Of a stretch of 64,000 nt of DNA, positions 41,995 through 55,990 are shown piece by piece (position 1 is the stretch's first letter; every line of letters begins with the position of its first letter). The notes under the pieces were generated by a model that saw only the letters and a list, made by a program, of their open reading frames with translations, was not told the origin of the DNA and ran no database searches. The DNA lies in assembly GCF_964204645.1 (NCBI RefSeq), contig NC_134026.1, positions 26,012,150 through 26,076,149 on the forward strand, read 5' to 3'. The DNA is from Tubulanus polymorphus. Its lineage: Eukaryota; Animalia; Nemertea. Made by a program: the position numbers and the translations under genes.

Positions 41995-42697
41995 ACGTCC
42001 AAAATGTTTATGAAATTGGTTTCAGATGTTAAATGTTTATCATGTATGATTAGAATTTAAAGCGTTCGATCTCTATAGCATAATAACTTTAATTATCTTT
42101 GACTGATTTTAATTGTTAGCTTTGGAACGATTGAGTGTCACTGATTTGAATATATTTGTCACAGATTTTCTTTAGTTGAAAAGGTAAGCGATTTGGGTGA
42201 CATCTATCTATAAATCTGTAGAATCTAAGTCAAGGAGTATCGACGACACCTCCCATATCGTATGAAAAGAAACCCGTCAAACAAGTTCTTGAAACTTGCT
42301 GCATTCACATTCAACCTAAATATTTTTACCACAATAAACTAGATATTTTTGGCATTGTACAGATATACTATTTTTGTGAACGATACTGGAATATGTCACT
42401 AGGGCTGGGCACATAATATGGCCGTCTAATAACATCAGTACGCTGGTAGGAAAATAGAGATATCTTATGGTAAATTCTGATATTTTTCAAACTTTTTAAT
42501 TCATTATAAAACGCTAACAATTGTCTTTGGGCTCATTTGATTACTTTAAAGTTTCATAACTATCAAAGTTGAGCAACATAACTTCATTGGAAAGAATTTG
42601 TATTCATATGTCTGGTGATTGATGGATTCTTCAATGGAACCTTTATTTTCAGGTGATGTTGAGGGCAATTCTTATAACGACACGATAACGACAATTA

Positions 42698-44130
42698 TGA
42701 TGAATACATCAACCAACATCAGTGGACGAAATGGGCTTCCTGGTCTACGTGATAAGCAATGGGTTATACCTTTGATGGTGCTGGCTGGTTTGGGAATGTT
42801 AATTGTTCTCTTTTTCGAGATTTATATTCTTTCTAAAATGATTGGTACCAGATTGGTAAAGACTTTCCGTACATTATGGCTGGGTCAGGTTCTTCTTCTC
42901 GGGGTTTTCTTGTGTTATCTCGTGTGCTTCTTGTTTGTAGTCGAGCAAACCAAGGCGACATGTGGGATGCAAAGATTTGGGGTCGGGGTGAGTTACGCCC
43001 TTTGTTTTTCCGTGCTCATGGTTAAATTGATGATTGTGTTTAGCTCGCACAATATCGGTTATCTTCGGGGTGTCTACCAAGTCCTTATGCTGACTTTTGC
43101 TTGGGGTGTGCAGATTGTCATTGATTCTGAATGGCTCATTCTAAGCCCACCTGGTCTTAAAATGAACAACGGTGAAAATGTTTGCAACCACGAGTTCCTC
43201 GATCACATCAAGTCGTTCGTTTATGTCATGTTTCTGATATTTGTCTGCACGATTCTTGCTGTCAGAGCACATGGAATTATCACCAATCACAGGGAAGGCA
43301 TATTCATCGGTTTGGCTGCAGGTTTCAGTATTCCTATTTGGATTGCTTGGACACTGGTCGGTTCTCTGAATGAAAGTATCGAGTTCAAAGATCCTTGTAT
43401 GGCCTTCGGTTTACTTATTAACGCAACTTTGATTTTGTTCTGTATGTTCCTGCCGAAAGTTCGACAATTGAACACACTGGGAGTAGAAGCGATCTACATG
43501 GAAGATGACAATGAAAGAGAGGTTTACGGTAGCGTTATCTATGGCGCACCTGATAAGGCATCAGGGGTGTACTGGAACGGTGGAGTAATGAGCCATTATC
43601 CCGACTCGGTTCTTCGTTCAGATCCTGTCATCTTAAAATCACAGTCGGAATATATGCCGCGTTAGTATATTTCCTCCTAAGATTAAAACACCGAAAGCCT
43701 CCGTGTAAATTTGCAATGGTAGAAAAATTATGCTTATTTCAACCTTTTATTTTAGATATCATAAGCGGCAACATAGACGTTGACGCCTTGCACCTTAAGC
43801 ACCCTGGAAGCGTGAAAAGTGCGCCTTTGTATGCCGGTGGTACTCTGCGTCGGTATGGACCCCCGGAATCAGCTTATGGGACCATTGGTAACGGTAGAGT
43901 GTTGAGAGTGACTGGTGATTTGACTGGAAAGGGTCCACTTGATACGAAAAAGGCTCAGTCCGAGATTGGTTATGCCGATGTTAAACCCAGGAGTCAGAGA
44001 GGAACATTGAGACGTATGTTTATAAATTGAGTTCATGATTCTATTCTGCAGAAAAAAAATTCATGGTTTTTACAGGATTTCTTTATTTGTTGTAGGTTCC
44101 GGTTCACTGACAGATCTTGGCGCACTTTGA
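42698..44130 (+). CDS. Class C GPCR 7TM protein with a short N-terminus and no VFT (GPRC5-like architecture)
   Basis: Exons about 42698-43660, 43756-44012, 44096-44130. Seven hydrophobic segments with TCGMQRFGVGVSYALCFSVLMVK (TM3), an ECL2 Cys, NHREGIFIG and MFLPKV (TM7). The N-terminus is about 20-45 aa with N-glycosylation sequons NTS and NIS. Start codon uncertain (42622, 42634 or 42698). Confidence 0.8.
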
Positions 44131-44723
44131 GGAATCTTACAATTATAGTGTTAACGTGAGAGATTTGCTAATGTGTATATATACATACATTTACGTTGTT
44201 AACGTTTTCGCAATATCCTATTTTGAATTACCGAAGAATTCTTAGTGAATATTCACGCATATGCTACTTCGAGATGCTACTTCTAGGGTTATTCTATCAT
44301 TAATTTACAATTCATGCGCGATCACTTGACCGAATTTGTATGAACCTTCTCTTCAATATTCTTAAATCCTTGGGGTCATATTTTCAAGATTTGTATATAT
44401 GCATGTACCGTAGATCATATTTATCCCAATGAACATTTCATAAGTTAGTTTATACACGTATCAATACGTATGTATTAAAACAACCACATGTAAACGTGTC
44501 CATGAACCACTGGCTTTTTTGTGTCTATGGAATGTCAAAAAGTATCGTGACAAATTGATGTTTGTGAAGTAATTCATATCATTGATATTATCCTTAATTC
44601 AATAAATATGTGTATACTAAGATAATTCCGCTGTTTTGAATAATTTCATTGTTCATCAACCATATCTTTAGAAGGAATACAAACAATCGGTGCTGGTTAT
44701 ACCTCATCGATTTTTTTTAAGTA

Positions 44724-44862
44724 TTTATAATCACAGGGGCTCGTAGTCGAAGTTTTGGGGGTGAATAGTAGCTAAGCTCAAAGTTATAAAAAGAATCTTT
44801 TTATACTACTTTTGTTACTTTTCACCCCCAAACTACAAAATACAAGCCCCTGTGATTATAAA
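44724..44862. mobile_element. MITE-like foldback element with about 48 bp imperfect TIRs
   Basis: TTATAATCACAGGGGCTCGTAGTCGAAGTTTTGGGGGTGAATAGTAGC versus GTTACTTTTCACCCCCAAACTACAAAATACAAGCCCCTGTGATTATAA. Confidence 0.65.
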
Positions 44863-46265
44863 AACCAAAAATTCATATAGACTAATCTTCATGAATTTTT
44901 GATTATACACATTCTCGGATTTAGACGCACCCAACTCGATACTCCGAGCTTGCCCATCCAATTCTGTCTTGCAGCTAGGTGTATATATCCGGATAAATGG
45001 GGCATAGGATCACATGTAAGTGGACAGTGAACGCAAGGTATGAACTCTAACGATTAGTCGAGTGGTGAAAATACAAGGTCCTATCCACACAGAATATCGG
45101 GGAGGGGATTCGTATGGATACATGTGATTATGGGATACGCAGATTCCTTAAACAACATGTGATATAGTTTGGTATCATCAGTACCAAACATTTAAAAAAA
45201 CTATACGAATTTTTGTCAATACCATCATTATCCTTTCTGGTCATATAAATAGTCGAGGCATCCTCTACTAGACATTGCTATCCAGGTTCACCAAGAACCT
45301 TAGTGTTTGTTGTACCACAGATTAGTTACACTAGGATCGTAGAGCGACGGAGACCACAGTCCAGGCAGATTAGAAACACACTAGATAATAGGATGGTTAT
45401 ATCTACGAGCAATTATCTCAATATCGAGATAATTGCCGGTAGGTTATATCAAAGCTGTGGGCAGCTAGACTGTGAATGGCGCTTTGATTCAAGCCTGCAT
45501 ACCAGTATATGACTAAAGTGAATAAATTATCAATTCATCCATAGGCCAACATTTATTCATTTCATTGCATCTCAATTAAATACAGTATAGAGCAACATTC
45601 ATAAATCAGGCATTGTTAAATAAATAATAATTACAGAATCCAGTAATATCCTATGGATTAAATATCAAATTGGAATTACTTTTTCGAGTAAGGCTGGAAA
45701 CCAGCTGTATGATTTCAAAGGCGATTGATAATTCAACCCAAGTTAATAACTAGCACACTAATTTAATGGTATCAATTGCATGAATTGAGAGTTTATCGAC
45801 AACTATGAAAAGGATACTGTAAAAATATTTCAAAAATTACCGCTAAAATAATTCTATAATTCAGTTTTAAAAACATTTACCAATAAAAATCATGTCAGCC
45901 ATTCAAAGACATCAAATATTTTCCGGGTGAAGTAAAACTAATAAGATTTTTACAATTTTTAAAACGTAGTATGAGCCGACAAAGGTCAAGGCTATAATCA
46001 TAACGCAGCAATGAGAAGAACTAATCTGAAGTCGGCGTATAAAAACTTTTAACATTTCCTACAATTGTTTCTTAAGAATAATACACTGTACATAAATTAT
46101 ATAAATACATTTCATATCATTCAAACATATGTACATACATAACACATTGCATTCATACCATTACGTAATAAAAATATACACGTCATGCACAAAATAATAT
46201 CAATTGTATAATGATTGGACCGCTGATTGCACCGATATTATAAACGCAATGTACGTACAATCCTC

Positions 46266-49200
46266 TCAAACGACTCGAGTACGTTTCCTGCGAGTTTCGG
46301 TCGGCTCATCGCCGTGTTTTCGTTTTAAAGCAGTAAACTGACGGTTGACGCCGGGATTACTACTACGAGTACGAGTACGCGCTGGACTCGAGTTCTGATT
46401 TTCGTTCTTCTCGGCGCTTCTCGGTCGTAAACGCATATGTCCGCCGTTGCGCGCCGTGCTTATCGGCGTCGACAATTTATTCTTGTGGCTGTTCGTACGT
46501 GTCGCGCGAACCCGTTTCGTCGCGGTATTCAATCGTTCGGATTTACGCCTCAGATTACCGGCGGCGTCGCTGATGCCGGTGACCTGGTCATCGTTCTCCG
46601 GTTCATCAGTCGTTCGTGAACGCGACTGGCACGATTTATTTACCGACGACGGCGAATCGGCCGATTTGATTTGATTGTGAATCACCTTGGAATTTAAACT
46701 CAAATTTGATTTACTACCATTCGACGCTCGTAGAGACCGTCCGCAGTCTACGTTATTTGAGGTATCAGCACATGCTGCACTCGCCGATATATTCCCGCCA
46801 TCGGCGACAATCGCGGAGTTCACAATTTCCGGGCTGGATTTTGGCGACAGTTTCGGATGTACACAACTCTGTCTGGTAAGCGATGCGGGTTTAGAAGGCG
46901 AGGGTACGCTATTATTGTTCGCATTACCGTCTAATATAGGTGTGTTCAGAGTAGAAGGAATATCACGTTTAACAGTACACGACACGCCCGGCTGTTCGCT
47001 AGCCTTAAACTTGACGGTTGACGCTATCGCCGGGGCACTAGTCTTACGTTTGCTGTCGAGAACGCCATCTGCTACTCTTTTACCCTTTTCTCTCAGTAGC
47101 TTCATGTTAATCATTCGCTGAGCAAACAAACATTCACTTCGTCGCGGTCCATATGGGTCCAAAAGTACGACTACTGCGGTAGTGTTGTCCGCACGTAAAT
47201 TTCTCGATTGCCAGCGTAGAATCGCTGTATCTACTATTCGAGCGGATGGATTTATCCAGTAGTTCACGCCAACCGTCTGAAAAAAGACAAATTACACTGT
47301 AGTATGATGCAAGTATCAAATTCATGAAATAGAAAACACACAAAATGGGTTTAGCTTTTGGATGTTTAAGTAAGAATCATTTCGATGAAATACTTACGGG
47401 ATCATTGAGGATTCTGTCTTCAATCTTTTCTTCGACGTTTTGTACGATTGTAACAGCTTCAAATGGCGACATTACGTTCCACAGACCATCGCTACCAAAA
47501 ACGAGGCATTTATGAATTGCTGGATCGAGATGATGAACGGACACATCTGGTACTGGGGATACAGCAAATTCTCCATTAGCAAAATTATAACTCCACAAGT
47601 CACCTGCAAAGGGAAAGAAATCAATTTTACAACATGGGCTCAATCATGTAATTTCCAGCAATTACAAAGATGATTCTATAGCCCTATAGAATAGAAGATT
47701 TACCTAATGATCGGGCTACGGCTAGAAATGGAACCTCTTCAAGCTGAGTGCTACGCCGAACTGGCCCTTTGTGGCCGGCTATTGGTCTATTCCACACAAC
47801 ACGTTGAACGCCTGTCTTTCCTTCAACCACCTTTCCACCCATCGCCTCAATACGTGTTTTTTCTTCTGGGCTTTCAGGTTTGTGGTCCTTTAAATTGAAT
47901 TAGATTGTATTACAATACATGATTTGTTGGTTATTGATTTAGGATTAGATTTTGATACTTAAACTTGACATTGACACTACTACTACTATCACTATTATCT
48001 CAAGATTTCACAAGTACCAGGTGATACCCAAATGATCACCTGTTTAGTCTATGGGTGTAGAATAAAATTTCACACGAACCTACATTTTACTACATTTCTT
48101 AAATCTTATTCCATGACGTATTCTACTTACAGTGGTCAGCTGCCATGCTTTGAACGGTTTACTTCCTTCATCTTGCATGCCGAGGACAATAGCTGAATCT
48201 CCAACATGACCAACGTACAATTTGCTGTTACGAATAATTCCAATACTACATGTTGTCCCAGCAGTGCTTCGTTTACCCGATCCATTCTTTGGCCATTTGT
48301 CTGTCATTATGAAATTTTAATAATTATTTCATCTGATAAAGGCAAAAATAGCATTTCAAGTCACTTTTCACGTATGGCTAGTAAGGTTGAGGGTTTGGGT
48401 CACCACCTATTTTCTCAGTAACAGCTGAATATAGTCTATCGACTGCCTTAACTCTTCACAATCGCACAGGTCTGTTGCTCTTAAAACATTTAGGCCTATT
48501 TAACCTAGCCAGGCCTACAGTAAACCTTGCCTTACTCAGACATTGCCAACTTAGACTTTTGACACTTGCAAACGTATTTTCCCATAGGCCTACTTAACTC
48601 CAAGGCACTGCTTACCTTGGAGTTGGACCAATTTAGCCAGTCCCAGTTTATTGAGTTTAACTGTAGGCCTGTTGATTTAAGAGAAAAGTCACAGTTGTAA
48701 TTGATGGGTTAGTGGGGCCAAGGCCAAGGGTAGCCAAAACGCAATACCCTTGGCTTCTTGTTCTGGAAATCATCAAAATAATTCTTCCATTTCTTAGTCA
48801 GCCCATAGGCTTATGGGACAGTGTGCCCCTTTGAAAACTCTTAACAAATTGCAGCCACGTGGATTCCCTAAGATTACTACAGTTCAAGTGTTTACAAACA
48901 AAACGTAGCGCGCGCAATGAATGAGGCGGAGTCCAGACATGGCGCTGCTCGTTCAAAATTCAAATGCACACACTTACCGACTTCCTTCCACATCAGTTCA
49001 TGGGTTCTGACGAAACCGATCTTAATCGCTTCTAAAACCTGTTTATCGTCCGACGACCAAAATATATCTTGGTTTATAATCTGCTGAACGAGGTGTTTCT
49101 TAGCAAATTCAGCCGCTTCTCGCCCGCCATGACCGTCGAATACTCCAATAAACACTAACTCGGTGTCGCCGTCAGCAGATTCCACAAAATGTACTGAATA

Positions 49201-49275
49201 CACGTCTTCCATATATTTGCGACCGCCTTGGCAGAGTTTATAAGATACTCTGAGATTCAATCCTACTCCTGACAT
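46266..49275 (-). CDS. PPM1D: Protein phosphatase 1D (Wip1), PP2C family
   Basis: Exons about 49275-48978 ([15 protein letters not shown]), about 48302-48131 (STAGTT, HVGDS), about 47887-47704 (DHKPES...[27 protein letters not shown], the PPM1D-specific B-loop), 47603-47397 (DLWSY, SDGLWN), 47276-46266 (LRADNTT plus basic disordered tail). Confidence 0.93.
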
Positions 49276-49399
49276 CGTCAATAGGTTCTCCTTATCTTTA
49301 GATTAAAAACAAATCAATGTTAAAACGACTTCATCTCTTTCCCTCCCGACCACAACGTTTATTTCAATGTGTTGAGACAAGTCGAACTACGCGCTCTGT

Positions 49400-49463
49400 G
49401 ATTGGTTCCTTTCGTAAGGGGCAAAGTTCACCTTTCCATATATGGGACGCGCGGCTGACGTCA
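49400..49463. promoter_or_regulatory. PPM1D proximal promoter: CCAAT box and perfect CRE
   Basis: ATTGG at about 49401-49405 (CCAAT on -) and palindromic TGACGTCA at 49456-49463, 125-190 bp upstream of the ATG. Confidence 0.5.
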
Positions 49464-49866
49464 CGTCTCAGCAAATCAATAATACTGTAATATGCTGTAT
49501 GCCTGCACGTAAAAATGCACGTGTCCATCGTATTATTTGTTTACATCCAGAAAGAAATGGAAAACCCATGCCGTAGTAAAGCAAAACGACAAGCGAGGTT
49601 TCAAAATTGCACAATTGCGCCAATTGATTTTATTGCAGATGTAACGTATAATTTTTCAAAGGAGTACATTGTACATTGAAACGTGCAATATTCAGTAACG
49701 CAAAATCACTGTAAAAACAAACTATACACAGCCTATAATAATAGGTTAATCAATGTTATCATATAAATATATTTTATTTACAAAACTAAACTACATGTAC
49801 TACAAAAAAGCATTTAATAATTAATAGCCTTCATTTGTATTTCTTCCACCTTATGCAGCATTGACT

Positions 49867-52800
49867 CTAGTCATCTCGGAACATTTGAAAGAAAACCAAA
49901 TGGGCCTCTGTTCTTCTCATATTCTTTATGTTGTAAACATTTCCTATCAAATTTAATAAGAAATTGAACATTTCAATAGCAGAATGTAGCTGGTCATTCT
50001 AACGAAAAAAACTTATTTTCCTTCTTATCTTAATGTAAACAACACACACCCCTTAAAATAAAGAATCATATCATTGAGGCCATATTTAGACATTCAATAT
50101 AACCGAAACCGCTTAGAGGAAAAATCAGAGATCAAATTTTCAAATTTTTCTGGGGGAGGGAGGGCCCATCCAGTTCATTTCTAACCAAAAAGAAAACCAA
50201 CCCACATTCTTTGGCTATGGGTCTGTCATCATTGGTTGATATCAAGTGAATTACCTTGAGGAACAAAGAACATATCGCCTTCTTCAATTATTGACGTAGA
50301 TTCATGAATAGTCACTGCAACTTTTCCTTTCATGACATAATAAGACTGAAAATAAAAATCCCCTCAATATATTATTTGCCCAAGTAGAAAATAAATTGGA
50401 AAAAGTAAGAATTAACAGAAGGTAAGGATATAATGATAAAATAAATGTAAACATGCCTACCATTGCTAAATCCATAACTCGTTGCAGTCCTTTCTCACAA
50501 AGAGGTCTCAGTATTATTTGACCCATTGCAAAGGACTTTTGATAAATCGGTTTAGTGATAATCAAAGCATCGTCATCTTTCTTCTCATTTCCACTCGGGC
50601 CAACATAGTAATACTGATCTTTAACTTTCAAACATTCTAAAGAAATAATAAAATAAGTCTACCATCTACCAGTAGGTATGCCATACGAATGGATGAACAT
50701 GTATCAAAACTTACCAATGGCAACAAGATTTCCATTTGTTGGGTCAATACATTCTACGTGACCGTCATTATCAATAAAATTTGTATCTGGTGGCAAACCA
50801 ACATGAGTAGACAAACGCCTAGTCGGATCCTTCTTTTTACGCATCATCGCTGTAAAGAAATTCAATCATAAAATCTATTGTAGATATGAAAATGTGCGGC
50901 ATATGTATAGTTTATTACCATATCTTTTTATTTTAGACATCTTCTTGCTTCGAAGAGGAGATGCATATGAAGGGCGTGAGATACCTACAATCCCAGAACC
51001 TTAAAAACAATAAAGAAATTTCCATTATCACATTCATCTTATAATACAATGAAAAATGAGATCAGAAATTTCAACAGAAATAGATTAATGATGTACAGAC
51101 GCTTACCTTTTCGCGGATTTTCGTATTCAATTCTTTCACATTTATAATATGCTAATGGTTTTACACGTACTCGGCGTGACCTCCTCAATCCTACAGGGGG
51201 TGTACTTGGCCATACTGAAAATGAATTAAATACCAGTATCTCATCCAAGTAGTTTATATAGACTCACACAAAATGGGGGAATTATATGCCTGATAATAAC
51301 ATTGCATACCTATTCTATTCTCTGCTTTGTCTTTTTCTTGGTATTGCGGCAATTTTGGGGTGTCAGATACTGTAACGTTGTAGATATGCAATGGACTGCT
51401 TGTGGAGTATCTCGGAGTTGTAGAACCACTCTTCAAAATGCTTTTTTTTGGTGAAGGTCTTACATCTGTTAGGAAAGGTTACAAAGTATTTAAGATTAAG
51501 GTCAGAATAGCAATCAAAAACCAAAATAACTGCAATACAGAAGAGATTTCACTGGCACTATTTCTAGTATACTTTACCATGTGGAGTCGCAAATGAAGTC
51601 GCCGACAAACGCTTTTGTGATAAGGAACTTTTCTTTTTTCTATTTAAATTTGATTTTCCCTTGACCTGACGCAGAAATCTTGATACAGGCGTTTTCTTGA
51701 TTTCGCCAACTGAAGATATAATTTATGAAGATCATGAAGAAGTTAATTCAATCACAAAAGAAAACTTGAACAGAAACTAACCTGCTGGCTGTATATCAAC
51801 ATATTCATCATCTGAATGGTTATCCGTAGTAATGTAATCATCTTCAATAATACCATTGTTATCTTCTTCAGTTTTTTCATTCAACTCAGAGATTGGTTTA
51901 TGACTTTCATTCGAGTAATCCTCATGAGAATCCCTAGACCTTTTTGAAGGTGACTTTGTTGAAATGACATTGGACGTTTTCATATTTACTCCATTTCTTT
52001 TTCTTCCTTTCAGGGATTTGGTAGGCGATTTATCTTCTTCGGATAATTTCTTCAAAGATGTACTTTTCTTAGGGCGTTTTGTTGGTGACACTTCACTATC
52101 ATTGTCTGCACCATGTGATCTTCTCAACTGCCTTGTCGAAGCCGATGACTTTTCTAGCGAACTTTGTTGTTTTGATTTTGACTTATTATGATTATTTTTT
52201 TCACTTAATGAATCCCTGCTCAATCGTCCTGTTCTATTCTTATCTGTGTAACTTTTCAATTTAGAAATTCTGTTTACTCTGGGAGACAGTGAATCAGGTG
52301 GTACATCAACGTAGTAATCTTCATCATTGTCACTTTCCATAGCTCCATCATCATTAACATTTGAAGCTTTCTCTGTAATTCCTTGCGAAGATTTTGGTTT
52401 ATTCCTCGATGGAGAACCATTGTCATCATTATCATCAGTAAAAACATCATCTATGACATCATTATCCTTCTCCATAACTGAATGTTTTTTTCCAGGTGAC
52501 TTACCGGTACCATTTGATTTACTCAAATTTAAAGATTTGACATTTCTCTTGCGAGTTTTATTGACAACTACATCAACTTCTTCTTGATTTTGTGGAGAAC
52601 CATTATCATCAGTAAAAACATCATCTATGACATCATTATCCTTCTCCATAACTGAATGTTTTTTTCCAGGTGACTTATCGGTACCATTTGATTTACTCAA
52701 ATTTAAAGATTTGACATTTCTCTTGCGAGTTTTATTGACAACTACATCAACTTCTTCATTTTGTGATTTTTTAGAAGACCGCGTACTCCTGGTAGTTCTT

Positions 52801-54933
52801 TGCTTGTCATTTACTTCTGGCTTATCTGATTTACGTTTAGTTGCTGATGCTCTCACTCTTCTACCAACAGTTGACTGTTTTTTTATCATTTCTGTTTCAT
52901 CTCTAAGTTTTTCATGCATCTCCTTGGTTTTTTTTGTTTCAGCTCTAACAAGAACCTCAATCATGCTGTCAGAATCTGGTGAATACAGCCTTTTCTTACC
53001 ATTTGATCTCACCATAGAGAGCTTCTTATTTTCTCTGGATTTATTTATGAGAGTTTCCTGACTACTGTTTACAACACTTTGTTCATCAGACTCTTGTTGG
53101 TCGCCCTGCTGTAGTCCAGTTTGATCTGTATATTCTAAATCATCCGCTAAATTTTCTGAGCTTTCAGATTCATCTTGACCATCAAACAAGGCAGCAGATT
53201 TATTCTTGTTACTATGGGAAGTTGGAGTTGGAACTCTCTGTGGAGTGAATTTCGATCGATTTGAAGGAGTGAAAACCTTATTGCCTTGGTTTTTTTTTTC
53301 TGAATTTTTAGCAACATTAGTTTTTGTAGAAGCGTTTCTTCTTTTCTTGGGTAGTTCACACTTCGAATCATCATTGCTATCTGAGGCAATGGCATCATCT
53401 TTGTTAGCAACACTTGCATCATCTTCATCAGATGCATCATTAATGTGTATCGGTGCCACACTTGGCCTTGATATATGATCTGGGGATCCACCACCACCAT
53501 CATCATTACAGTCTAATTGCTGAATCATACTAAGACGTGATTTACGATGATTCATCTTATCTTTAGTCGGAGTACTATTATTACCTCTTTGCACATTCTC
53601 ACTACTTTCAAAGCTTTGGTCATTGCCACTTTTTTCAAATGCATCTTTAGTTTGCTTTCTTTTAGATTTACTTAGAGAAGTGTTAACATTATCAGAGGCG
53701 ATTTCTATCAATGGAGAGTTTGCTAATCTGTTTGATTTTCTAGGAGAATTGATCTGAGCTGGAGTATCCTTTGGTATCGGTGATGTTGCAACTCTGTCTG
53801 CATCTGGTACATTATCTCGAATACTAGCTAAGTTTTCCGTAGTATTTAGATTTTCATTCCTACAAAATCACAATCAGATAAGCAATAGCAATAGCTTTAA
53901 TGACATATCAATTACATCAAATTTTTTTCAATCAAAAATTCTGACATACGTTATCATCAATTCCTGATCAGCTGGAAGAGAACCACGAGCTTCAGAAAAT
54001 CGTAACCTAAAACGAAACAAAATATCAATGAGCATAAAAATACATCATAAACATTGATTTCCCAACAAATCTACCTACTTTTTCTTTGTATGAAAACTGT
54101 AAAGAGCAGTTGTGTTATGAGTGTTGTCGTTTTTAGTCAAAGATCCCGATACATTGTTTCCATCTACATTAATATTTGATTGAACTTGGTCAACCGACTT
54201 AAAACTGTTTGAAATATAAGACACAAAATATCTCTCAGACCCATACAATATGTGAAATAAATACACGTATCGGGGTATTTTATTGGAACATACTTATCAT
54301 TTTCTTTGCCAATTATTTCATGATCAGGTGCTCTTGGCGTTGGTCGAATCAATTCTTTAGATCTAGTTTTTTCATTACTTGTTGAAACCCCAGTGCTTGG
54401 AGCAGAAGAGAAAGAAGACATTTCGTGCATGGAACGAAAATTCTGGAAAAAGAATGGAAATTCTATTAATCCTGTAGCTGATAACTGTAAACTGTTAGGG
54501 AGATAGAGTCTCAGTAACTCATCACTCAAACGAACACAAAACGAAGATTGTCTTCACCTTAGCTTTGATACTATTTGAAGCTCTTGTACTCTCTAAATCT
54601 GTAAGGGTCAATTCTGACTCATCGCCATCTGAAAGTTAAATATATATATTCGGTTAATTTGTAATGAGAAGAGTAAGATGAATGATATGTGAATTATAAA
54701 TCCCTCACCTGAATCAGAGAAAAAATCATCAAAGTTCTCACGCCCATCTTCATCTTTCCGAATATTTTTACCTTCTCTTACGTCAATACCAAATTGCCTA
54801 TAAAAGATCCATGTTATTAGAAAATTAACCATAGGGATGTGATTGAAGTAGAATAACTACGTCAACGATGTACTTACTTCCATACATATGGATTGCCATG
54901 AAAAGGATTATCCATTTTACCGGAGTGGTCCAT
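49867..54933 (-). CDS. CENPC: Centromere protein C (CENP-C/Mif2)
   Basis: N-terminal GRQFGIDV...DEDGRENFDDFFSDS; long low-complexity basic/acidic middle (ORF 51777-53711); CENP-C motif GLRRSRRVRVKPLAYYKCERIEY (about 51120-51195); C-terminal cupin domain (FAMGQIILRPLCEKG...VTIHESTSIIEEGDMFFVPQGNVYNIKN...LVFFQ); stop at 49867-49869. Multiple small exons. Confidence 0.88.
52427..52757. repeat. In-frame tandem duplication (174 bp / 58 aa period) within CENP-C
   Basis: 52427-52583 and 52601-52757 are almost identical (EEVDVVVNKTRKRNVKSLNLSKSNGT[D/G]KSPGKKHSVMEKDNDVIDDVFTDDN). Confidence 0.95.
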
Positions 54934-55990
54934 CTTACTCTAGAAAGATAGTGGAAAGAGTTTTAAGCAAATTCTTTCAGATTTGTATATCATTGAAAAG
55001 CATCATAGCGTTACGTGCTACGTATCTACACACTGCTGTGATCAATACATGATGTCTGCCATGCTAGACAAAGAATTACTATTGTGAATGTGTGAACTAT
55101 CATTTTAATCACTCTTATCACAGGGTGGCAAGTTTCTGCCCATTTATAAATCCATAATCCATTGCATGAAGTTAATTGTACAAAATGATATTTTTACCAC
55201 TTGCACAGTTAAACCTATGACGTAGTGAATGTCTGAAAATGGTGGAACAGGCACATTGCGATTTGGGGAGCAAACCCGGTAATCACAATCAGAGTGAAAA
55301 TGAGATTCATATTTTTCTAGATTTGCAGCTGGCAGGGTCCTGCAGGAATGTAAAATAGTGCAAAGAAGAATACTGAAAATAGTGAGCCTAGGGCCAGTTA
55401 CAATTAAAAATGCAGTGTCTGGCATTATCAGCTTGCTAGACATCCAGTACCACGTTTGTTAGCAAGGGCAGACAAGAAAGGTCCAAGATAAACTAGGGTT
55501 GTCAACCTAGTTAGGCCTAATACTGACTGCGTGACTACAGTCTACGTGCTTGGAAAATTCCTCTTTCCACACAACAACACCAACTCAAACTGAATAATCA
55601 TTTGATAGATAGTCATATGAATCATCTAAATTAGTTAGAGTCAGTGCCAGCGTATACTATAAAGCGTGTATGTCTGCTGTTGCCGTGTTGGACTCTTGGT
55701 TTATATGGGATGATAGGACGTGGCCATTGTAAGTGACGACGACTACGAATGTGTGTACTGTAGTTAGTGTAAAAGACGCAAAAAAGACTGCCGACTGGAC
55801 GTTCGTTGGTCGTTCATTTCATCCTCGACCTCGACCATTATTCGAAAGAAAACTTCAACTTCTAATAAAAAATACAACTTACTACAATACACTATACTAT
55901 GGGTGGGCCAAAAATATGTGAACAATAACTGGAGTGAATGGAGATAAGTGAAAAAAACGAATCGTTATAACTTTTAGTTCAAAATTCTCT

